A DNA stretch of 36,134 nt from an uncultured Clostridia bacterium. Its GTDB lineage: Bacteria > Bacillota > Clostridia > UMGS1883. This document shows, piece by piece, positions 30,467 through 36,134 of this stretch. The DNA lies in NCBI GenBank assembly GCA_947624455.1, contig CANQKL010000002.1, positions 1-36,134 of the forward strand. The letters run 5' to 3'. The notes below the pieces were generated by a model. It had not been told where the DNA came from. It searched no databases and saw nothing but the letters and a program-made list of their open reading frames with translations. A program made the position numbers and the translations under genes. Each line of letters begins with the position of its first letter. Position 1 is the stretch's first letter.

Positions 30467-30510
30467 CAATGATCTTCCTTTCGGTTAAATATGTGAAAAA
30501 ATAATAAACA

Positions 30511-30772
30511 AACAAAAAACCCCGGCGCTCACGCACCAGGGGCGAATTTCTCCGCGGTACCACCCTGATTTATAACTCGTCAAGCAAACGCTGGGTCTGC
30601 TTATGGGAACTGACGCGCCCATGCGGCCCCGCCTACTGACAGTCAAGGCTGTCCCGTTCAACAGGGCGGCTCCGCGGTGAACTTCAGCATTTTCCAGCGC
30701 ACGGTGCTTCCAGCCGCCGACACCGATTCTCTGCCCGCCGGGCCAATGCCTACTCTCCGCTTCATTGCCGTT
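30511..30772 (-). promoter_or_regulatory. T-box riboswitch leader, Phe-specific (UUC specifier)
   Basis: The minus strand carries the conserved T-box AATCAGGGTGGTACCGCGGAG (plus 30549-30569, core GGGTGGTACCGCG at 30552-30564). Stem I has GGAGAGTAGG (AGAGA box). The specifier context is GAAGUUCACC, with UUC at 30681-30679 followed by a purine. Terminator helix at 30520-30542 followed by UUUUUUGUU. Confidence 0.85.
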
Positions 30773-30779
30773 AGATGTC

Positions 30780-30808
30780 ATTTTATCACAACTGTATAAA
30801 ATTTGCAA
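30780..30808 (-). promoter_or_regulatory. sigma-70-type promoter of the pheST T-box leader
   Basis: On the minus strand: TTGCAA (30808-30803), 17-nt spacer, extended -10 TGaTAAAAT (TAAAAT at 30785-30780). Confidence 0.6.
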
Positions 30809-30888
30809 GGGGTTTTGAAAAAATTATCAAAAAAATTTTGCAGGCTCCGCCGCCCCGCCTGGCAGGGTCCAAGGGGCGAAAGGGCCAT

Positions 30889-31422
30889 TCAGTTGGAGCT
30901 TACGCCCTTAACTTCTCCCGGCGGGTCGGTATGGGGGCCAATGCGCTTTTCCAGCCAGACTATGCCAAGCCAGCGTCCCAGCTTATAGCCGCACTCCCGA
31001 AAGCCGCCCCTCGGCTCGTAGCCGAGCTTTTCATGAAAGGCTATGCTTTGGGAGTTGGAGTCGGTCACGCAGGCGTAAAGGTTCAAAACGCCCATCTCCC
31101 TCAGCTCCTCCTCCAGGGCGAGGCACAGGGCTTTACCGATCCCGCCGCCCCGCCGGTCACGGCGGACATAGACCGTCGTTTCCGCCGACCAGGCAAAGGC
31201 CGCCCGGGGCCGGAACTCGTGGGCGTAGGCGTATCCGACAAGCTCCTCCCCCTCCACGGCCGCTATAAAGGGGTAAAATTCGGTTATGGCCCGTATCTTT
31301 TCCTCGAACCACTCCGCCGTGGGCCTTTCAGTGTCGAAGGTCACATCCGTTTCAAGCACGTAGGGGGCGTAAATTTCCGCCAGAGCGGCGGCGTCGGCAG
31401 TCCTCACAGGACGAATTTCCAC
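30889..31422 (-). CDS. GNAT-family N-acetyltransferase (phosphinothricin/amino-acid N-acetyltransferase-like)
   Basis: GTG 31422 lies 4 nt after GAGGTGG. N-terminus IRPVRTADAAALAEIYAPYVLETDVTFDTERPT. Acetyl-CoA motif A RRGGGIGKAL. Confidence 0.85.
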   Translation of the reverse strand: MEIRPVRTADAAALAEIYAPYVLETDVTFDTERPTAEWFEEKIRAITEFYPFIAAVEGEELVGYAYAHEFRPRAAFAWSAETTVYVRRDRRGGGIGKALCLALEEELREMGVLNLYACVTDSNSQSIAFHEKLGYEPRGGFRECGYKLGRWLGIVWLEKRIGPHTDPPGEVKGVSSN

Positions 31423-31431
31423 AGTACCACC

Positions 31432-32406
31432 TCAGAATTCGAGAAGATATTTTCCATTTACCAGGGGTCTCTCCCCCTCCGTCAGCGTAAGCCCGACGCC
31501 ATTTCCCAGGAAATATTCGGCGTTACAGCGTCTAAGGCCGAGTATCTTGCTGAAATATTTTTTTGGAGCCTCTATGTCCAGCCTGCCATTTTCTACCATT
31601 TTTTCCAACTGTCCGCGAACAAAGCGGCTGACCACCGCCTCGCCCATGGCCGGGTGATAGGGGCCTGCAACGCAGCCGCCCTTCAGCTCTGCGCTGTCGC
31701 TGAGGCCGATCCGCAGGACTTTCACTCCGGCGGCCCGGAATTTTCCGTAAAGCCTCGCCCCAAGCTCCGTGGCTTCCTCAAGGGTCTGGGGGGAATAGGC
31801 CCCGGCCCGGTACATATCGGCCAGGCGGGTGTTTTCCATCACGAGGGTGGGATATATCCTCGTTTCCTCCGCCCCGAGGGCGATAAATTCTTCCGCCGTG
31901 GCCATGGACTTTTCCGGTGAGTCCAGGGGCAGTCCCGTCATCATCTGGAGTCCCAGCGTAAAGCCCCTCTCCCGCACAAGGGCCGAAGCCCGCCGTACGG
32001 CGGCGGAATCGTGGCCCCGGCCCGAAGCCGCCAGCACGGCGTCGTCCATAGACTGGGCGCCCAGCTCGATGTTGGTCACGCCGTATTCCTCCAAAAGATC
32101 CAGCTGCTCCGGGCCGATGTAGTCCGGCCTGGTGGAAAGGCGTATGCCCGATATTCTGCCGGAGTCCAGGTATTTCTTCGCCTGGGCCAAATATCCGCGC
32201 TGGAGACGGGGTTCTATTCCGGTGAAGCTGCCGCCGAAGAAGGCGATGGTGTGGGGGCCGGTTCTCCCGCCGGAAAGATACTCGTCGGCTATGAGGCCCA
32301 CGGATTCGGGGGCGGGGGCCTCGGTAACGCCCGTTATCGACCGCTGATTACAAAAGGCGCAGTCGTTTGGGCAGCCCACATGGGGTACAAAGATGGGGAT
32401 GTTCAC
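31432..32406 (-). CDS. radical SAM protein (ELP3/MiaB-like core, function unknown)
   Basis: CPNDCAFC (CxxxCxxC) near the N-terminus. The preferred start is GTG 32406, 7 nt after GGAGGA, which forms a GTGA overlap with the rnc stop. The track start 32424 is a TTG without an RBS. Confidence 0.8.
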   Translation of the reverse strand: MNIPIFVPHVGCPNDCAFCNQRSITGVTEAPAPESVGLIADEYLSGGRTGPHTIAFFGGSFTGIEPRLQRGYLAQAKKYLDSGRISGIRLSTRPDYIGPEQLDLLEEYGVTNIELGAQSMDDAVLAASGRGHDSAAVRRASALVRERGFTLGLQMMTGLPLDSPEKSMATAEEFIALGAEETRIYPTLVMENTRLADMYRAGAYSPQTLEEATELGARLYGKFRAAGVKVLRIGLSDSAELKGGCVAGPYHPAMGEAVVSRFVRGQLEKMVENGRLDIEAPKKYFSKILGLRRCNAEYFLGNGVGLTLTEGERPLVNGKYLLEF

Positions 32407-33173
32407 CGCCGTTCCTCCCCGCAAAGCTCCCGCAGAATGGAATCGTTGTCAGTGGGAAGCCCCCGTTCCATCCGGCTTTTCTCCACGGCGGCTATCCTTT
32501 CCAGCGCGGCGTGGGCCGCAAGCTGCTGGGCCTTTTTCTTGCTGTTGGACACTCCCTCGCCTATGGCGCGGCCGTCGATGACCGCCGCCACGGTAAAAAC
32601 GCAGTCGTGGATGGGGCCTTCCTCGCTGACGACCTCATAGGTCACGTTGCGGCCCTTGCTCTGGAGCCTTTCCTGGAGCCGGCTCTTGTAGTCGCTGTCG
32701 ATAAAATGTCCCTCGGTTATGATATTTTTTATCCTGTCGCCGTACACGCCCAGCACATAGCTCCGAGTCCGCTCCATTCCAGCTTCCAGGTACAGAGCGG
32801 CCACATGGGCCTCGAACATATCCGCCAGTATCGACTTGCGGTGCCGCTCGCCGCAGTTCTCCGCGCCGGTACCCAGCAAGGCGAACTCGTCGATGCCTAT
32901 TTCCCCGGCGAGCTGGGCCAGCGTGTCCTCGCAGACCAGGGCCGCCCTAATGCGGGTAGACATACCCTCGGGAAATTTTTTGTCCAGATAAAGCTCTTGG
33001 GCGATGATAAAGCCAAGTATAGCATCGCCCAAGAACTCTAACCGTTCATAGCTCTCCACCCCGAACTGGTGGGCGTAGGAGGTGTGGGTCAGAGCTGTCC
33101 GCAGAAGCTGGTGATTTTTGAAGCGGAAGTCCATCCGCTTTTCCAGTTGTTGGATGTCAGGTGTTTTTCTCAT
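32403..33173 (-). CDS. rnc: ribonuclease III
   Basis: ATG 33173 lies 5 nt after GGAGGA. RNase III signature ERLEFLGDAILGFIIAQELY. C-terminal dsRBD (KSRLQERLQ...GEGVSNSKKKAQQLAAHAAL). Confidence 0.95.
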   Translation of the reverse strand: MRKTPDIQQLEKRMDFRFKNHQLLRTALTHTSYAHQFGVESYERLEFLGDAILGFIIAQELYLDKKFPEGMSTRIRAALVCEDTLAQLAGEIGIDEFALLGTGAENCGERHRKSILADMFEAHVAALYLEAGMERTRSYVLGVYGDRIKNIITEGHFIDSDYKSRLQERLQSKGRNVTYEVVSEEGPIHDCVFTVAAVIDGRAIGEGVSNSKKKAQQLAAHAALERIAAVEKSRMERGLPTDNDSILRELCGEERR

Positions 33174-33241
33174 ACGCTTCCTCCTCTGTCAGCATTATTC
33201 CAAAGTTCCCGGCGGTTTTTCACCGAATACCATTATAAGGC

Positions 33242-33272
33242 ATAAAATCCCGGGTGCGCCCCGGGATTTTAT
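33242..33272. terminator. bidirectional-type terminator hairpin after the SLH gene
   Basis: 13-bp perfect stem ATAAAATCCCGGG (33242-33254) / CCCGGGATTTTAT (33260-33272), loop TGCGC. The A/T tracts form the outer stem. A second imperfect hairpin around GGGAC-gcgga-GTCCC (33291-33305) lies nearer the stop codon. Confidence 0.55.
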
Positions 33273-33325
33273 ACTTCCGCCGGTCGGGAAAGGGACGCGG
33301 AGTCCCTCTCCCTGCCGGATATTTT

Positions 33326-36134
33326 TTAGTGGATGATATAAACCATCTTGAAGTAGCCGGCCGAATTCGTGCTGTCGCCGGAGGTGTAGGTCACTACAAC
33401 GCTGCCGTCGCTGCCGTCCTCGTAAGCCTGAAGCTCTTCTATCGCGTCCGCATCGCTGAGATACTCGGCGCCGTTGCGTCCGTTGTATACGAATACCTTT
33501 GTGTTGCTGCCATAGAGGTGAGCTACCACGCCGGTGCCGCTGTCGGCCATTTCAACGTCGTCCTCCACAAGGGTGGGCGAAACGGTCACGCTCTTGATAT
33601 CCGGCTCAATGCGCAGCACAGTACCGTAAGCCAGACGGAACGCCGCGTTATAAACGTCGGTATCCGCGGGAGTGGGTGAGCTGCTCCTGATAGCCAGGAT
33701 ACGGTTGCGGTCTCTTACAGCCTCGGAAACGCTGCTCGCAGGCTCATCCTGAACAGGATCGGAAGCATCGAGCCACAGCTCCATATCGGAGATCTTGCCT
33801 TCGGAAACCAGGTAACGGATGATATCGCCCTTACCCAGCTTGTTATAGGCGTTCCTGGCCGCGGTGTCCATCTTGCTGTAGTTGAGTACAAGAGTGGTGT
33901 TGGGGCTGGTGGAAACGCTGGCGTCGCCGTTCTTGTTAAATACATAGCCGGTAACGGTGTCGTCGCCGTTGTCGTTCTGGCCGTAGCTGTCAACTATCAT
34001 GAAGGGCGACTTGTAATTGAATACCATGGAGTCGTCCTGCTTGTAAACCAGTACAAAGTCGGCTCTCTTAGTGGCGGTAGTGCCAACGTTGAAGGCCTCC
34101 ACATAGTAGCTGTTGCCAGCGGTGAAGGAGGAGGTCGTGCGCCTCTCGTACTTGCTGCCCTGGGCTCTGTTGTCAGGAACAAACATTATCTTGGTGGCGG
34201 AGCTGATATTGAAGTGATCCTCGTCGCCGTCACCGGTGATATATGGGAAGCCGCTGGACCGGCTGTAGGGACGCAGACCGTCTTCAGCCGCCTCGTCGTC
34301 GATGCGGGCGGAAAGGGTCAGGTCGTTGCCGTCGATATTGGACTCGGCCAAGGTGTCGATAGCGGTTACAAGCTTCTTGCTGTTGGTCTTGAATCTGATG
34401 GGCTGAGCGTAAGTGGCGTTTTGCAGCTCGTCGCCAGCGCTGGTGTTCAGGTAGGATTCGTTGGCGATACGCGCGCTGTCCTCAAGAATGTCAAGGATGT
34501 CGTTATCGTCGTCGTTATATTTCTTATCGTCTATCTGGATCTTATCAGCCGCGCCGTAAACGGTGTCCTTGACGGAGCTGCTGTTTACGTCCACAATGTA
34601 GAGCTGGAGATCGTATCCGCTGTCCTCGTCACCCTGGAGAGCCTCGACCAGGTAGCCGTAAGCGAAGGAGCCTTCGCTGTCGCCGGTGGCGGAGGTGGTA
34701 ACGGCGGCAATCTGGCCTATATTGTCAACATAGATGTTGACGTTCATGCCGCGCTGCAGCTCGGGAATGTCATTGCTGCCGTCCAAGGCGAAGTTTCTGA
34801 GAGCGGAGTTGAACTGATAGTAACGGCCGCCTATCATGTACATATACTCGTCCTCGGAGTTGATGGAGGCAATGCGCTGAGAGGTGTAGCTCTTTCTCGT
34901 AACGTCTACCATCATGATGCTCGCGCCCTCGGCGTCCTCAGGCGAACGAAGTATGCTGACAACGTCATAGAGCTTTATGTCGCTCTTGTTGCTGTCCTTG
35001 CCGGAGAGATCCGTGGAGCCGCGGCGGAACACGAAGTAATCGGCGTCGTTCTTGTTGGGCATCGGGATCCTGTTGTCGCCGTTGACGTTGATATCCTCGG
35101 GGTAATTGTACTTAAGGGTGATATATTCCATGTTGCTGCGGGTGGTAGTGCCGTTGGCAACATAGGTGTCGTAGTTAGATACCTTGATAAAGTCGTACTT
35201 GCCGCTCTGGCAAATACTGATAACGCCGTTCTCAAAGTAATAGGGGCTGTCGGGATCCCCAAGATCGTCGATGTCGAAGTCCTCCATTACCTTGCCGTTG
35301 TATATTACGACGCCTTTGGGGGAAATCGTGGAGGTTCTAAAGGTATCGGGATCAGTGGCGTACTCGATCTTGCCGTTTTCAATGCCAATCAGGAATTTGC
35401 TCTTATCTCCCACATATCCGGAATAAATGTCGGTAGAGCTGTAATCTGTGGCGCTGATGCCGACGATGTACTCGTCGTCGCCGTCATCGTGGGTCATCCT
35501 GACCTTCATGCCCAGCAGGTCGTAGATATCGACCTTGGAAAGAGCGTCGTCGCTGAGGGTATAAACGTCGTCGTCCACCATGATCTCGTTGCTGCTAAGC
35601 TCATAGCGAGGCTCCTCAAGGTAAGCGAGATAGGTGGCGGTAACGGTACCGGTGATAACGTCGGTGTCCTCCTTTTTGTTGGAGCCGGAGTTGCCGCTGG
35701 AGCCGGAGTTGCCGCTGGAGCTGCCGCTATCACGCTGCCAGCTCACCTCGCCGGTCACCCGGTCGGTCACCGCGCGCATATCCACAAGGGTGCGGGAGTT
35801 GTTGGCCAGTATGGCTACTGTGCCTCGGGTAGTGGCCTGGGCGGGATTGGAGCGGCCCGCAAAGGCGTTCTTGGTAAGGCCCTCGCGGTCGGCATACTTC
35901 AGGTACGGGGCGGACCATCCGGAGTTGGGATCGGCCTCGTACTCAAGCTGGCAGACAGTACCCCAGTTGTGCATACGCATAAGCACGGCTACTACCTGCT
36001 CATAGGTGACAGGGTCTCCTGCGCCGAAAGTGCCGTCGGCGTAGCCGTTCATCAGGCCAAGGGCCTTTGCCACGCTGATATAGGGGCGGGCCCATTTATA
36101 AGTATCGTCGGCGTCCAGATCGGTAAAGCCGGTA
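33326..36134 (-). CDS. SLH-domain cell-surface protein, large and acidic; 5'-partial (N-terminus beyond the window end)
   Basis: The frame is open to the window edge (TGFTDLDADDTYKWARPYISVAKALGLMNGYADGTFGAGDPVTYEQVVAVLMR is an SLH repeat). Then a Ser/Gly/Asn linker SSSGNSGSSGNSGSNKKED, then ~790 aa of Asp/Ser/Thr/Tyr-rich sequence with no enzyme motif I recognise. Confidence 0.8.
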   Translation of the reverse strand, partial: TGFTDLDADDTYKWARPYISVAKALGLMNGYADGTFGAGDPVTYEQVVAVLMRMHNWGTVCQLEYEADPNSGWSAPYLKYADREGLTKNAFAGRSNPAQATTRGTVAILANNSRTLVDMRAVTDRVTGEVSWQRDSGSSSGNSGSSGNSGSNKKEDTDVITGTVTATYLAYLEEPRYELSSNEIMVDDDVYTLSDDALSKVDIYDLLGMKVRMTHDDGDDEYIVGISATDYSSTDIYSGYVGDKSKFLIGIENGKIEYATDPDTFRTSTISPKGVVIYNGKVMEDFDIDDLGDPDSPYYFENGVISICQSGKYDFIKVSNYDTYVANGTTTRSNMEYITLKYNYPEDINVNGDNRIPMPNKNDADYFVFRRGSTDLSGKDSNKSDIKLYDVVSILRSPEDAEGASIMMVDVTRKSYTSQRIASINSEDEYMYMIGGRYYQFNSALRNFALDGSNDIPELQRGMNVNIYVDNIGQIAAVTTSATGDSEGSFAYGYLVEALQGDEDSGYDLQLYIVDVNSSSVKDTVYGAADKIQIDDKKYNDDDNDILDILEDSARIANESYLNTSAGDELQNATYAQPIRFKTNSKKLVTAIDTLAESNIDGNDLTLSARIDDEAAEDGLRPYSRSSGFPYITGDGDEDHFNISSATKIMFVPDNRAQGSKYERRTTSSFTAGNSYYVEAFNVGTTATKRADFVLVYKQDDSMVFNYKSPFMIVDSYGQNDNGDDTVTGYVFNKNGDASVSTSPNTTLVLNYSKMDTAARNAYNKLGKGDIIRYLVSEGKISDMELWLDASDPVQDEPASSVSEAVRDRNRILAIRSSSPTPADTDVYNAAFRLAYGTVLRIEPDIKSVTVSPTLVEDDVEMADSGTGVVAHLYGSNTKVFVYNGRNGAEYLSDADAIEELQAYEDGSDGSVVVTYTSGDSTNSAGYFKMVYIIH
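35681..35728 (-). repeat. 18-bp tandem repeat (about 2.7 copies) encoding the SSGNSG linker
   Basis: GGAGCCGGAGTTGCCGCT at 35681-35698 and 35699-35716, then GGAGCTGCCGCT at 35717-35728. Confidence 0.85.

Noticed and set aside
30485-30808. 107-aa minus-strand ORF upstream of pheS.
   Set aside because: It lies entirely within the T-box leader RNA, whose promoter, specifier, T-box and terminator are all identified. It has no RBS.

Overview
This is a 36.1-kb chromosomal segment with GC-rich coding DNA and short AT-rich intergenic regions. The T-box leader on pheST, the SLH and copper-amine-oxidase-N-like (CAO_N) surface domains, the strong GGAGG-type RBSs and the sugar ABC genes without an ATPase suggest a Gram-positive Clostridia-type organism (inference only). 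I saw no rRNA or tRNA genes, CRISPR arrays, transposases or integrases. Layout: (1) a 5'-partial HAD hydrolase. (2) A + strand envelope module: a secreted 817-aa protein with four CAO_N-like repeats, then an ECF sigma factor and an overlapping single-pass membrane protein (putative atypical anti-sigma). From 4.8 kb onward every gene is on the - strand. (3) An orphan substrate-binding protein (SBP) fused to two CAO_N-like repeats. (4) A five-gene biotin-dependent Na+-decarboxylase operon carrying both a 12S-type acyl-CoA carboxyltransferase and a 5S/OadA-type carboxyltransferase around one biotin carrier, one OadG-like subunit and one beta pump subunit. (5) An orphan BMP-family lipoprotein. (6) The most unusual part, a ~14-kb translationally coupled operon (12787-26760). 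It holds two atypical SBPs (one lipoprotein with an Ig-like tail, one TM-anchored with two CBM-like modules and an internal frameshift), two complete MalF/MalG-type permease pairs, an NHL beta-propeller with a C-terminal anchor, a Yip1-like polytopic membrane protein and a 967-aa membrane-anchored DUF5696-like protein. It has no ATPase, no recognisable glycoside hydrolase and no regulator. (7) pheS-pheT behind a Phe (UUC) T-box leader. (8) A coupled rnc / radical SAM / GNAT trio. (9) The 3' part of a large acidic SLH-domain surface protein that runs off the window end. Family assignments come from motif recognition by eye and need HMM or structure searches to confirm.
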